From positions 18,086 to 82,085 of IMG/VR virus record IMGVR_UViG_2619619233_000003: DNA of 64,000 nt; one strand, given 5' to 3'. The position numbers were made by a program, and so were the translations under genes. Below the pieces are notes generated by a model, which searched no databases, had not been told where the DNA came from, and saw only the letters and a list, made by a program, of their open reading frames with translations. This document shows positions 35,076 to 44,789 of the stretch, in pieces. Position 1 is the first letter of the stretch; every line of letters begins with the position of its first letter. Source of the stretch: a virus. Taxonomy: Duplodnaviria; Caudoviricetes.

Positions 35076-37582
35076 CCGCGTACCCACGGGTCAGCGTTGA
35101 TCTCCGCTACGCGGTCCGGCAGGCCACGATTATATTGCTCAATTCCGGCCTGGACGCCGCTTTCGACACCTTCCCTTACCATCTGCTCAATCTCTTGATT
35201 GCCCCTCGCGCCATTGACTTCAATCGTGAGCTTCAGATTGAAGTCAGGCCGTCCGCCAGATGGGGCCGCCGTTGCTGATGCGCCTTTTGCCTGTGACATG
35301 AGCGGCGAGACATCAGCAGAAACGCCGAGGCGACCGGATGCATCGCGGGTCAGCGGCATGATCGCCTCGGGGCCGGCTTCGCCCATCAGGCCTGTGCCCT
35401 TGGCGAATGCGAACATCGTGGGTTTGTTCACGACCTGGTTGGAATAGCCATGAATACCGTCCAGAAAGGTAGCGCCCTTGGCATAGAGGCCGCCCGGCGC
35501 TGAAGGAAATGCGCCCTTGCCGCCACCAAACAAATTGGTGATACCGCCCAAAATGCTGGTGAAAAAGCCGCCGCCGGAACCGCTCGATGCGTTCGACACG
35601 CTGAACAAGCTGTTCAGAACATCGTTCATGAGCGTGTCGGCGATGCGCTGGAGCGCCTTTACGCCGGCGTTGCCAAAAGCATCCCAGACGCTTTCGCCCT
35701 GGCGCAGACCGTCAAAGAAGGTCGATGTGAAATCGCCCGCGAGATCTCGCGCATATTGCAGCTGAAGATTTGTCCGGAGCAGGCCGGCTTCGTAGCTGTT
35801 GAAATCGACCGGCAAGCCCGATGAACGAAGCCCACCGGCAATCTGCTGGTCAATTGCAGAGCGGCCGAGTTGCTCGCGCTCAAACAGCAAATCGGCCTTC
35901 AGCTTGGCCGATGCTGCCGCCTCGGCATATTTCTTGAAGGCATCGACGCGGCTGTTGATCGCCTCGACCTGTTTGGACGAAAGCGAACGGCCCTTTTCCT
36001 CGGACTGCTGAAGAAGGTCGAGCTTGAAGCGCAGCGCGTCGGCGGCAACGCCGGTTTGGCCCGCGAGCTCGGCTTCAAGCTTCATCTGGGCAACACGGTC
36101 ATCGGCCGTCTTGATCAGGTCGCGGTAGGCGTTGGCGGTCGAACTGGCGGCGCGCTCGGCAGCGCGATCGCGGTCACCAAGGGTGATAGGCTTTGTGCCT
36201 GGAAGGGGTACGTTCGTTTGGTTGCCATCCGAATTGATGACGGTCGGGTTTTGGTTTGAAATACGCGTTAGCGCAGCGTCATATGCGGCGCGCGCACTTG
36301 CACGATCTTCGGCACCCTGAGCGCTTGCTACCGCCCTCCTATAAGAAGCAAGGGCATTGTCCGCATCAGATAAGGCCGGCATCGCTATACCAGCCAGTTC
36401 ACGAAGCGCCTTATTTAGGTCCTGGACAGCGGCAACCTGATTTTGGGCCTTTCCGCCGATCAGTTCGATTTGCTGAACCATGCCAGGAATGGCCCGTGCA
36501 GTTTCAACGACGGCTTCATCCTTGAATTCGCGCATATCCTTGGCAAGTTCACGAAGACCTTCGGGTACATCATTGTTTCCGGCAATACGGGCCATCGCAT
36601 CTCGGAACCGCAAGATGTCGGGTTCGCCGCTACGAATCGATTCACGAAGATCAATGAAAGCCTGCCGCCATTGCCTCACGACAGCGGTGTCGGTCTCCTT
36701 CACGAAAGGGGTGATCATTGGAGAGTAGGTGCTACGGGCTGTGACGGCCTCGGTGACAAAGTCGCGTGCATCCTGAAGGCGATCTCGTATGTCAACGAGT
36801 GTGCCGGAAACACCTTCGTTCACATATTCTCGCAGTCCGGACGCGGCCTCACCATAACGCTCTTTAAGCGACCGGACGGTTTCGGCGTGCCCTTTCAGGA
36901 TTTCGTCAGCCGACTTCGCACCCTCTTCAGCCGATGTGAAATACTGGATGGCGAACGCGGTGGCACCGACAGCAGCCATGGAGATCAATGACCAAGGGGA
37001 GACCAACGACAGGAGCGCGTCGCGAAGGCCAAGTGCCTTGTTCTCCATCGATCCCATGATACCCGCAACTTGCGGACCCTGCTGGAACATAACCGTTTGC
37101 CACGGCATGAAAGCCGCAGTGGTAACGATGTCCTGCGCCTGATACGCGAGGTTGGCAGTCTGGAAACGCTGGTTATTGTTGTTCGCTGGCGTATCCGAGA
37201 TAGCCTTGTTGCGGCCTTTGATGGCATCGATGCTGGCAAGCGTCGATCGCCGGTTGCGATCCAGCGCAGCTGTCATTTCATCGGCGGACAATGCGCCGTT
37301 CGCATGGGCGCTTCGGATTTCCAGCTGCGCCTGTTTGTAGTTCATGATGACCGCGTAAAGCGGATTGTACTTGGCTCTAAGCCGATCCAGTTCTGCGCCG
37401 GTTCCCCCGAGCGGCATGCGGAGACCTTCGCCCGCAGCACGATTCAGTTTTTCCAGCTGCTCGGCAGCCTGATCCGCCGCCGTGCCGATCGAGGTCACGG
37501 CCTTTGCGCCTTCGGCCGCGCCCTGTTGCGCCTTGCTCGGGTCGATATCGATACGGGCGGAAATTCTCAATGGGTCAGCCAT
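35072..37582 (-). CDS. Tail tape measure protein
   Basis: 836 aa Ala-rich; QQGPQ, VVNKPTMF, LMGEAGPEAIMPL motifs. Confidence 0.93.
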   Translation of the reverse strand: MADPLRISARIDIDPSKAQQGAAEGAKAVTSIGTAADQAAEQLEKLNRAAGEGLRMPLGGTGAELDRLRAKYNPLYAVIMNYKQAQLEIRSAHANGALSADEMTAALDRNRRSTLASIDAIKGRNKAISDTPANNNNQRFQTANLAYQAQDIVTTAAFMPWQTVMFQQGPQVAGIMGSMENKALGLRDALLSLVSPWSLISMAAVGATAFAIQYFTSAEEGAKSADEILKGHAETVRSLKERYGEAASGLREYVNEGVSGTLVDIRDRLQDARDFVTEAVTARSTYSPMITPFVKETDTAVVRQWRQAFIDLRESIRSGEPDILRFRDAMARIAGNNDVPEGLRELAKDMREFKDEAVVETARAIPGMVQQIELIGGKAQNQVAAVQDLNKALRELAGIAMPALSDADNALASYRRAVASAQGAEDRASARAAYDAALTRISNQNPTVINSDGNQTNVPLPGTKPITLGDRDRAAERAASSTANAYRDLIKTADDRVAQMKLEAELAGQTGVAADALRFKLDLLQQSEEKGRSLSSKQVEAINSRVDAFKKYAEAAASAKLKADLLFEREQLGRSAIDQQIAGGLRSSGLPVDFNSYEAGLLRTNLQLQYARDLAGDFTSTFFDGLRQGESVWDAFGNAGVKALQRIADTLMNDVLNSLFSVSNASSGSGGGFFTSILGGITNLFGGGKGAFPSAPGGLYAKGATFLDGIHGYSNQVVNKPTMFAFAKGTGLMGEAGPEAIMPLTRDASGRLGVSADVSPLMSQAKGASATAAPSGGRPDFNLKLTIEVNGARGNQEIEQMVREGVESGVQAGIEQYNRGLPDRVAEINADPWVRG

Positions 37583-37947
37583 CAGCCATCCACCTCGTTG
37601 AGAACGCGCATCGCGACACCTTCCATGAAGCGAACATCGGCGAAGACATGCGCCGGCGCGCCAATGTCATCGAGGACAAGCCTGCAGGCGGGATAGTCGA
37701 GGCCGAGCCAGATCAATCCAGTCATACCAACAGCCATGCGCCACTGCGTTTCGCAGGCGCGGAAGGCGATGTAGCTGTTCCAGGCGGTGGGCATGATCTG
37801 GATATCGTCCTCAACTTTTGCGGCGGCGGTAAAACGAACGCCCATCTTTTCGAATTGCTTGCGGGCGTCGTCATCGATGGCGACGGGTTTGCTTCTGTCG
37901 GCACGGCCGAGGCGCGCATGCGCCCAGGCGATAGCGACTAATTCGAG
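37582..37947 (-). CDS. Tail assembly chaperone frameshift extension (gpT-like, DUF1799-like)
   Basis: -1 frame open from slippery site; TQWR, GLDY motifs. Confidence 0.8.
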   Translation of the reverse strand, partial: LELVAIAWAHARLGRADRSKPVAIDDDARKQFEKMGVRFTAAAKVEDDIQIMPTAWNSYIAFRACETQWRMAVGMTGLIWLGLDYPACRLVLDDIGAPAHVFADVRFMEGVAMRVLNEVDG

Positions 37948-38360
37948 TTTCCCAGGCGGGCCTTGTCTTCGGAGATGGATTCCCGGTAAGCGCGGATGAG
38001 CGCGTTTTTCACGCGGGTGTGGGCGCAGACGATTTCGACCGTTTCCGGATTGAACGGAATGGCATTATTGTAGTCGTCAAAGACGCCATCCCAGCCGCGC
38101 AACACGTCCGTCAAAGCTTTAAAATCATGGGCCGCAAGAGCCTCGTTGATCTTGCGCAGCTCCTCGCCCTCGGTCTCGGGTTTGACCTGCTCCAGAATGG
38201 CAAGGCGTTCGGCATCTCTGGCTTTGGCACGGTCTGGCGAAATCAGCGCGAACTGCGCGATGAACTCCTGTTCGAGCAGCTTTCCGGGAATGTGCGGGTT
38301 AGGCTCGATCACTTTGACCGGCCAGGGGAAGGTAAGTTCCTGCGAGAGTTTGAAGGCCAT
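37938..38360 (-). CDS. Tail assembly chaperone (gpG-like)
   Basis: LRGWDGV motif, terminal RLGNSN with slippery site. Confidence 0.85.
   Translation of the reverse strand: MAFKLSQELTFPWPVKVIEPNPHIPGKLLEQEFIAQFALISPDRAKARDAERLAILEQVKPETEGEELRKINEALAAHDFKALTDVLRGWDGVFDDYNNAIPFNPETVEIVCAHTRVKNALIRAYRESISEDKARLGNSN
37947..37953 (-). other. -1 ribosomal frameshift heptamer G GGA AAC
   Basis: X XXY YYZ at the end of the chaperone gene, upstream of tape measure. Confidence 0.85.
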
Positions 38361-38396
38361 TTGAGTTCCCTTTAAACGCGCCTCAAAGGCGCAATG

Positions 38397-38585
38397 TCAG
38401 TCTCGGATGATGATGCCGCCCTCTACCGGCTGACTGCGGATTTTCGGGCAGGCCTCGTAATTGTGTTTGTTGGAGCCGCAATAGGCGCACCGCAGATGAA
38501 GCCGCGTTGCGCTGCCGCCCCAAGTTTTGGGGCAGGCTTCGAAGGTGTGGAGCTGGGAGCCGCAATAGGTGCAACGAATGCGCAT
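38397..38585 (-). CDS. Tandem CCHC zinc-knuckle protein
   Basis: Two exact CX2CX4HX4C motifs; GAGGGG SD. Confidence 0.85.
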   Translation of the reverse strand: MRIRCTYCGSQLHTFEACPKTWGGSATRLHLRCAYCGSNKHNYEACPKIRSQPVEGGIIIRD

Positions 38586-38598
38586 CGGCTCCGTCCCC

Positions 38599-39531
38599 TC
38601 ACTGGAAGGTAATCAGGATTTCGTCGTTGCCGGCAGACGTTGGCGTGAACATCAGGGGCAACGTGTTGTTCATGATGCGCTGCGTTTCGCCATAGGTCGG
38701 CCGTCCGATCTGGACAGCCGGAGCATCGAACTTGACGATGTTGCCGGCAACCGTGCCCTGCTGTGCGGAAAGAACGCCCTTGGTATGAGACCGGGCGATC
38801 TGGAACCAGTTCTTGTCAGCAAGGTGCGTGGCTTCCATGATGGCGCTGCCAGTCATCTGGCGGTCGGTCTGCTCGATCGATTCCGCGTTGATGAGCATGC
38901 GCGGTTCGATCTGGTTGGCGACATCGAAGGTGATGCCTTCGCAGGCGCCGGCGTAGCCGAACAGCGAAAAAGCCGTATTCGCCTTGTTGACGGGAACTGG
39001 CGCGATGAATTTCGTGACATCGACAACAGGCAGGGCCGCGTCCGCGATCGTGCCGATCAGACCGGTCATGGTGAAGACGAAACGCGGGATCTGGCGCGGC
39101 GTCAGGCCAAAGGTCATGGTGCCTCGTGTGCCCAGCAGGACGTGATTGACACCGTCGATGTTGAAATAATGCGAGGTGCTTTCGAACAGGCGGGAAACGG
39201 ACTTGTATTCGACCTTCTGGCCAGCCGTGACAATTTCCTGAAAACCGCTGGCGCGCAGGCATGGACCGACAGCCGGCGCCGTGCCCGCGACGCCCGAGCC
39301 GGCAATCTCGATCTCATAGGAAAGGCGGGCATAGTTGCCATCGAGAATGATGCCCTGATGGCCCATATAGGGCAGCACCAGGTCACGGCTCAAATCTTCG
39401 CCAAGCAGCGGTTCAAGGCTGACATTCGTGGCAAGCATGGCATTGGCCGCGCCGGTCGGCACGGCGTCAACACCATAATTGGCCTCTGGTTTGACCATCA
39501 GGGCGCGATTACGCCAGTAGCGCTTAGCCAT
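38599..39531 (-). CDS. Tail tube protein (siphovirus type)
   Basis: 310 aa; YGVDAVPTGAANA N-terminus; no sheath gene present. Confidence 0.88.
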   Translation of the reverse strand: MAKRYWRNRALMVKPEANYGVDAVPTGAANAMLATNVSLEPLLGEDLSRDLVLPYMGHQGIILDGNYARLSYEIEIAGSGVAGTAPAVGPCLRASGFQEIVTAGQKVEYKSVSRLFESTSHYFNIDGVNHVLLGTRGTMTFGLTPRQIPRFVFTMTGLIGTIADAALPVVDVTKFIAPVPVNKANTAFSLFGYAGACEGITFDVANQIEPRMLINAESIEQTDRQMTGSAIMEATHLADKNWFQIARSHTKGVLSAQQGTVAGNIVKFDAPAVQIGRPTYGETQRIMNNTLPLMFTPTSAGNDEILITFQ

Positions 39532-39697
39532 TGTTGTTTTCCCTCGGTTTCCGGCCGGAGCCGATGATGGTCTTGCTGACCGCCTCGACGGTCGCTTTGC
39601 TAAGGCCCGTCTCGGCCTGTTTCTGTTCGGTGCGGCTGACTAGTTTCAGCGAGCCGTCCTCGTTGCGGATGTATGAGCCGCCCTGGCCGTCCATCAT
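39524..39697 (-). CDS. Small tail-region protein (57 aa, below ORF track cutoff)
   Basis: MMDGQGGSYIRNEDGSLKLV...; overlaps both neighbours. Confidence 0.7.
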   Translation of the reverse strand: MMDGQGGSYIRNEDGSLKLVSRTEQKQAETGLSKATVEAVSKTIIGSGRKPRENNNG

Positions 39698-40110
39698 CGT
39701 TTCTCCTGGTAGTAGGCGCTGGTGAACACGTCCTCGAACCAGACGACACCGTTCAGCGCCTGTTGAATTTCGCCCTCGACATGCTCCATCGGGTCGGACG
39801 CGCCTTCCGGCAGGAAGCCGAGCAGCTGACCGCGTACGAAGGCCTTCAGCGCCTCGATGTCCCCGCGTGCCGCGCCGTTGTCGCCTCGGGAGAGGTTTTC
39901 GGTGACGATCACGACCGCGACATCGAACGCGGTGCGCTGGCGAATGATGTTGAGGTGCTCATTCGGCGCGGACTTTTCATGCGAGATGTAGACATAGACG
40001 GCCGGAAGATTGACCGGCCGGTCCTTCACGTCCGCGAGCTCGGCCGCATCGCCGCCGATAGCAAAGGGTGTGTTGCCCTCCAGAAGACGGGCGAGAATTG
40101 AATCGATCAT
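39694..40110 (-). CDS. Tail terminator (gp37-like)
   Basis: PAVYVY motif; synteny. Confidence 0.8.
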   Translation of the reverse strand: MIDSILARLLEGNTPFAIGGDAAELADVKDRPVNLPAVYVYISHEKSAPNEHLNIIRQRTAFDVAVVIVTENLSRGDNGAARGDIEALKAFVRGQLLGFLPEGASDPMEHVEGEIQQALNGVVWFEDVFTSAYYQEKR

Positions 40111-40670
40111 CGTGCCTGGCCTTCCAGAAAATCCTGTCCGATCTCGACGAGCCGCGCCCGATCCTCGGCAGAGAAGCCGAGATAGGGTCGCGCCGGAACG
40201 GGAATGGTGTGTTCGCCGATCGTGATTTTCTTCTCGACCGAGCCTTTCTTGCCGCGTGTCACGAACCGGGACTTGCCGCGTATTCTCGCAAGCGATGCCC
40301 GCTGGCTGCGGGCGTACATCTGGATTTGACCGCCTTCCTGGTGGACACGGGCATAAACAAGGTTCGAGCCGACAGAAGCGGACCGATCATCGGAATGCCC
40401 GACGATGCTGCGATAAAGCGCGGTGGTCACACGCAGGATGTTGTTTGCGCCGCGCTGCCGGCCACGTATTTTCTTAAGCTGCGTGCGGCGTGCTAGCGCC
40501 TGCCACTTCTGGCCGTCCGGGCCGCTCTCCAGTTCGAAACGACGCTGCGTCGAATAGACGAGGTAGGCGGCAAAAGCCGATGTCAGTTCGCCGGGATGCG
40601 CGACAGCAAGGCCAATCCGCGAGAGAACCGGCGTCAGTTCGTCATCGAGATAAATGGCCGAACCCGTCAT
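40107..40670 (-). CDS. Virion morphogenesis protein (Mu gpG / tail completion S family)
   Basis: RRFE...PDGQKW, VGSNLVYARVHQEGG, PARPYLG. Confidence 0.92.
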   Translation of the reverse strand: MTGSAIYLDDELTPVLSRIGLAVAHPGELTSAFAAYLVYSTQRRFELESGPDGQKWQALARRTQLKKIRGRQRGANNILRVTTALYRSIVGHSDDRSASVGSNLVYARVHQEGGQIQMYARSQRASLARIRGKSRFVTRGKKGSVEKKITIGEHTIPVPARPYLGFSAEDRARLVEIGQDFLEGQAR

Positions 40671-41101
40671 CAGAAATCCTTCAGGCTGTCACGGGTGAAG
40701 ACGCGACCAGGCGCAGACGCCCGAACCGAACCGCCGCCTGCAGGCGCCGGCGTCTCCCCGCCGTCCGTCAGTTCGACAAGGCCGCGAGACACGTCACGCA
40801 GGAAGCCGACCGCCTCATTATAGGCGCGGGTCACCGGGCTATCCTTGTCGGCCGCCTTGCCGTGAAGGTAATAGCGGGCGATATCGGCCGCGTTCTTCGT
40901 GAGGATCGGCGGAACGACACTCAAGGGCAGCTTGAGGACCTTCTTAAGATAGCCGTCGATCAGGGCGGAAGCATCGGAGATGGCGCGCTCGACGACAACA
41001 GGATTGATCGTTGTGACCGGCCGGTTGACGCGGTCGGTCAGTTCGATCAGCTCCTTTTCGCCGAAACGGTCGATCAGGTCCTGTTGCGTGACGTAGGTCA
41101 A
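40670..41101 (-). CDS. Mu gp36-like (DUF1320) head-tail connector
   Basis: YVTQQDLIDRFG, DASALIDGYL, DIARYYL. Confidence 0.92.
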   Translation of the reverse strand: MTYVTQQDLIDRFGEKELIELTDRVNRPVTTINPVVVERAISDASALIDGYLKKVLKLPLSVVPPILTKNAADIARYYLHGKAADKDSPVTRAYNEAVGFLRDVSRGLVELTDGGETPAPAGGGSVRASAPGRVFTRDSLKDF

Positions 41102-41997
41102 TCGATGACCTCAACCGTTAGGAGCGGTTCTGCGATGATCGCTTCCAGCTGCTCGGGCGAGAGATCGCCGGGGCGATAATCGACCGGCTTGGACGAATGT
41201 GCGATGCCGGCGCGGCGGAAACCGTCGCGCCCGGAGGTGACGCGCACCAGCGGCGGGTGTTCCGCCAAGAGGGTTTCCGTGAAAGGAGACAGCAGCGCGA
41301 ACGAAAGCGGGAAATCGCGCTCGAATTCCTCAGGTGTCATAGATGCATAACGGTTGGCGTGTTCGCCAGCTCCGTGCACAAAGTCGCCGATTGTCAACGT
41401 GCCAATACCCTCGGCAACGCCGATTCTCAGTCCTCCCGATTTCATCGAGAATGACACCGGCTCTGAAGCGAGACGGATGTCCTTCAGGACGGCGATTTCC
41501 TCGGTGAGCTCACGCACGATGCCGGCTGGATCGTCGCTGCCAATCCATTCCTGAAGCTCGGGATAATCACGAGCGACATCGACAATGATCTCAAGCAGCG
41601 ACTTGCCGATCGCAGCCAGCTTGAGGGTCTCGGTGAGATGGCCGATGTCATCGACCTTCAGCACACTCGAGGTTTCGCCGCTGACGGAACCGGCATTCGC
41701 GCCGGCTCCGTCCGCATCGCCCTGGGAGGGTCCGGTGGAAAGGTCGACCGATGCGGTGGCCGCATCCGCATCGGTCTGGTCATGCCCTTCGCCGGTGAGG
41801 TTCTGGTCAGCAACAGAACCGCCGGCGTCGGCCAGGCCAGTATTGATCCCGTCAGGTGCTCTCAAACCTGACGGGCCAGATGCAGCCGATGTGGTAACAG
41901 CTGCATCATCCTGCGTGCCATCCGTCTTGACGGTCTCAAGATCGACGGCGGGCGCGGTGGAACGGGATTTCCTTGGGGATGTCGTAGGCTTCGACAT
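41098..41997 (-). CDS. Mu gp35-like / HI1506-related protein with long acidic N-terminus
   Basis: C-terminal GFRRAGIAHS...EQLEAIIAEPLLTV. Confidence 0.82.
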   Translation of the reverse strand: MSKPTTSPRKSRSTAPAVDLETVKTDGTQDDAAVTTSAASGPSGLRAPDGINTGLADAGGSVADQNLTGEGHDQTDADAATASVDLSTGPSQGDADGAGANAGSVSGETSSVLKVDDIGHLTETLKLAAIGKSLLEIIVDVARDYPELQEWIGSDDPAGIVRELTEEIAVLKDIRLASEPVSFSMKSGGLRIGVAEGIGTLTIGDFVHGAGEHANRYASMTPEEFERDFPLSFALLSPFTETLLAEHPPLVRVTSGRDGFRRAGIAHSSKPVDYRPGDLSPEQLEAIIAEPLLTVEVID

Positions 41998-42047
41998 AAG
42001 AGCTATCCTTTCGAGGGCTTTGCGAAAGCGGCTGGTGAGCGGTTTTC

Positions 42048-42075
42048 AAAAAGCCCTCCCGAATGAACGGGAGGG
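42048..42075 (-). terminator. Intrinsic terminator after major capsid gene
   Basis: CCCTCCCG hairpin + CTTTTT, as in A. Confidence 0.7.
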
Positions 42076-42094
42076 AGGTGCCAGCTGGGGCAGG

Positions 42095-42991
42095 TCAGGC
42101 CAGCCAGGGAACAACCATGACTTCGGCAGTCTTGAACCATTCGTTGTCGGCGCCGTTGGCCTTGCGGCCGTTTTCGAGAATGCGGCGGGCCGCACCTTCA
42201 AGCGTCGGCGGCACGACCAGCAGTTTTGGCTGGATGGCGAGCGGACGGCCGTAGTCACCTTTCATGGAGCCAAGCGCGGCGCGGGCAGCTTCATAGTGGG
42301 CATCGTCGAGCGTCTGCCTGGAACCCCATGCCATCTGCCAGAAACCGAAACCAACCTGGCACCGGCCATCGAGGCCGTACCGGAATTCCTTCCTGGTGAA
42401 GACCGCCTCATCGTTTTCGTTGTCCATCTTGACGAGGTTGGTGAACTTCTTGCGCTCCTGGTAGATGATCGGCTTCAGCGGACGCGAGACATCGAGCAGG
42501 AACCAGGGCGTTCCGTTGCCGCCGTCTGTATTGGCGACGGAAACGGTGTTGCCCTTTTCATCGAGAACCGGATGGTCCGTATCGAAGAAATTCTGCTTGT
42601 CGTAGCAGGCGACATCCCAGCCGTTTTTCAGAAACGGGAAAACAAGAGTGTCCGGGAAGGTAACGGCGGTCTGGCCGAAATCCTGAAACACCGTTGTGTA
42701 GGTGCCAAGATTATCGTCGGAGATATCATCGCGATCGACGCCGATGGTGTTTTCATAGGCTTCGTTGGTCAGCGTATAACCGTGCTTGGCAAGGCCGTTG
42801 ACGACACGATCGCCGATCCATTTGCGGAAACCGGCCATCTTGCCGAGCCAGCCATATTCGTTTGTTCGCGTCGTGGATGGAACGGTGCTGGCGATGCGGC
42901 TGTACATGCTGGTGGCTTCACCAATGCCCTGCTGGAAGGCGGCATTGAAGCCCACATAGGCCGATCGCAAATTAACGGTGTTGATTTCCAT
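42095..42991 (-). CDS. Mu gpT-like major head subunit
   Basis: Homolog of 589..1485. Confidence 0.95.
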   Translation of the reverse strand: MEINTVNLRSAYVGFNAAFQQGIGEATSMYSRIASTVPSTTRTNEYGWLGKMAGFRKWIGDRVVNGLAKHGYTLTNEAYENTIGVDRDDISDDNLGTYTTVFQDFGQTAVTFPDTLVFPFLKNGWDVACYDKQNFFDTDHPVLDEKGNTVSVANTDGGNGTPWFLLDVSRPLKPIIYQERKKFTNLVKMDNENDEAVFTRKEFRYGLDGRCQVGFGFWQMAWGSRQTLDDAHYEAARAALGSMKGDYGRPLAIQPKLLVVPPTLEGAARRILENGRKANGADNEWFKTAEVMVVPWLA

Positions 42992-43000
42992 GTCTCACCT

Positions 43001-43411
43001 TCAGGAGAATTTGACCCACACGCCCTGGTCATCGACGTCGAAAACTTTGCCGATGACAGAACGGGTGTTGGTGGCGGAGGTTTTGGCGACGGTCTGGTCA
43101 TCGACGCCGTACACATCGGAGCCGATGTCTGCGAGGGTGATGAGATCAGCGGCGGCAGAGTTGGCGTAGCGGAAAATGCCCACGCGGATCCTGACGCGCA
43201 GCGCGCCCGCAGCGCCGCCCGTATTGTCCACGCGCCGCTCGACGCGGCCGGCACCCTTCAGGTTAAGGGCGGTCGTGACCGGGACGGCGTAACCTGCCGC
43301 GTTGATAGCGGCCATTGCGCCGGCGTAAAACACAGCGCCGGCCGCAGCGGGTGGCTCACGGACATCACCGGAACGTTCCGGCGTGTTTCGATCAACTGAC
43401 AGAGCCGTCAT
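43001..43411 (-). CDS. Head decoration/cement-like protein
   Basis: Homolog of 1495..1905. Confidence 0.8.
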   Translation of the reverse strand: MTALSVDRNTPERSGDVREPPAAAGAVFYAGAMAAINAAGYAVPVTTALNLKGAGRVERRVDNTGGAAGALRVRIRVGIFRYANSAAADLITLADIGSDVYGVDDQTVAKTSATNTRSVIGKVFDVDDQGVWVKFS

Positions 43412-44559
43412 TCGTCACCGCCTTTCCTGGCATCGAGCATCTGCTTTTCGGAAAGCCCCATCTGCCGCATGACGGCCACCTCGGCATCGCTGAGGGTGGG
43501 CTTGCCGTTCTCGGGCGGATTGGCCGTGGCCGTGCGCTGTGCCGAGGTGAGCACGGGGGCTTTACCCACGAACTCCTCGAATTTCTTCGGATCGGTCCTG
43601 TGCATCGAAAGCGCCCAATCCTTCAGCGCCGGCGCAATCTTGCCGTCGCGGATTGCAGCGCCGACTGCGACCTCCGCATCCTTGCTGGCATCTTTCTCCT
43701 TCAGGAGATTGAGATCAGCCTGCATGGCGCTGACCTGTTCGATCGGAACGAACTTCGTCGGATCGGGCGCGGCGGCGGTGTGAGCGGACGCCAGAACAGT
43801 CACGATCTCGTCAACGCTGGCGTCCTCATTTTTACCGGCTGCAATGGCAATCTTCTTGCGATCGGCGAAAGCGGACTGGACGGCCGTGGCGATCGCCTCG
43901 GACTTGGCGTCCTTCGTAAGACCGGCAGCGACGGCAATCGCCGTCGAGCTGGTCAGCAGCGAATTGATGGCAATGAGCACATCGTCTTCGCTGCCGCCAT
44001 CGGACAAGCCGAGGGCAGCAAGCACCTTTTTCATGGATACCTCTGGTTCAGTGTTGCGGGTGGAAAAAATCGAATGGGCCGATACCTCGAACAGATCGAG
44101 GTTGGGCACATTGGTCAGGGCCACGGTCTGAAGCGCCAGAACTTCGCCTGCCTTCGTGTGGAAATAGACCGGGGAAATGTAGCGATACTCTTTCGCCTTG
44201 ATGGCGGCGGCGGCATTGGCCGTCCATTCGACGCGACCATAAAGGCCGTCTTTGCGCGCCTCGACTTCCTTGATCCAACCAGCCGCAGGCGCGGGCTTGC
44301 CGTTTTCCTGGCTATTGCGGCTCTGATGTTCGTAATCGACAAGAATATCCGTCGAACCGGCATAACGGCGGGTCGTATCGGCGATGCGCTGGAGCGAGAC
44401 GAGATCGCCGGCCTGATACGGACCGCGACCGTCACGGCCGGAAAACGTGCCGGCCGGAATGAGGAGCAGCCATGTCTCGTCTGCGGCGGATGCCGTCAGC
44501 TCGGCGGAATGCGCCGTGAGCAATGCGGAAGCAAGGAGGGTTGCGAGAGCGTTTTTCAT
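43408..44559 (-). CDS. Mu gpI-like prohead protease/scaffold
   Basis: Homolog of 1902..3056. Confidence 0.95.
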   Translation of the reverse strand: MKNALATLLASALLTAHSAELTASAADETWLLLIPAGTFSGRDGRGPYQAGDLVSLQRIADTTRRYAGSTDILVDYEHQSRNSQENGKPAPAAGWIKEVEARKDGLYGRVEWTANAAAAIKAKEYRYISPVYFHTKAGEVLALQTVALTNVPNLDLFEVSAHSIFSTRNTEPEVSMKKVLAALGLSDGGSEDDVLIAINSLLTSSTAIAVAAGLTKDAKSEAIATAVQSAFADRKKIAIAAGKNEDASVDEIVTVLASAHTAAAPDPTKFVPIEQVSAMQADLNLLKEKDASKDAEVAVGAAIRDGKIAPALKDWALSMHRTDPKKFEEFVGKAPVLTSAQRTATANPPENGKPTLSDAEVAVMRQMGLSEKQMLDARKGGDE

Positions 44560-44614
44560 GCCCCCATCTAAGGGAGAGGGGCAAATCCGGTCAGGAGCGT
44601 AAAATTACCATCCC
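44560..44614 (-). promoter_or_regulatory. Late promoter of head operon
   Basis: TTAGAT -10 (44566-44571); imperfect dyad GGAGCGT-AAAATT-ACCATCC at same spacing as in A. Confidence 0.55.
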
Positions 44615-44631
44615 AACGCCCGACAGTCGCG

Positions 44632-44743
44632 TCATCATGGATAACGCGACAAATCGAACCGGGCAAGGGAAGCAAGCGCCAAAATTGAGGCCGATTAAAA
44701 GCCCGTAGAAGCGTTTTTGCCGTCCGGATGATGGATGGCGCGG
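44632..44743. other. Conserved non-coding block, candidate strong gyrase site
   Basis: Shared with A; near the midpoint of prophage B. Confidence 0.4.
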
Positions 44744-44789
44744 CTTAAGCGCCCGAAACGCTCCCTACGGGCTTTTGTTAGAGCGGGAG

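Noticed and set aside
41585-43399. 604-aa plus-strand ORF and similar long ORFs (790..2034, 4310..5635, 43315..44571, 45477..46640, 57883..58950)
   Set aside because: Antisense shadows of well-supported structural or transposase genes; their boundaries are not conserved between A and B
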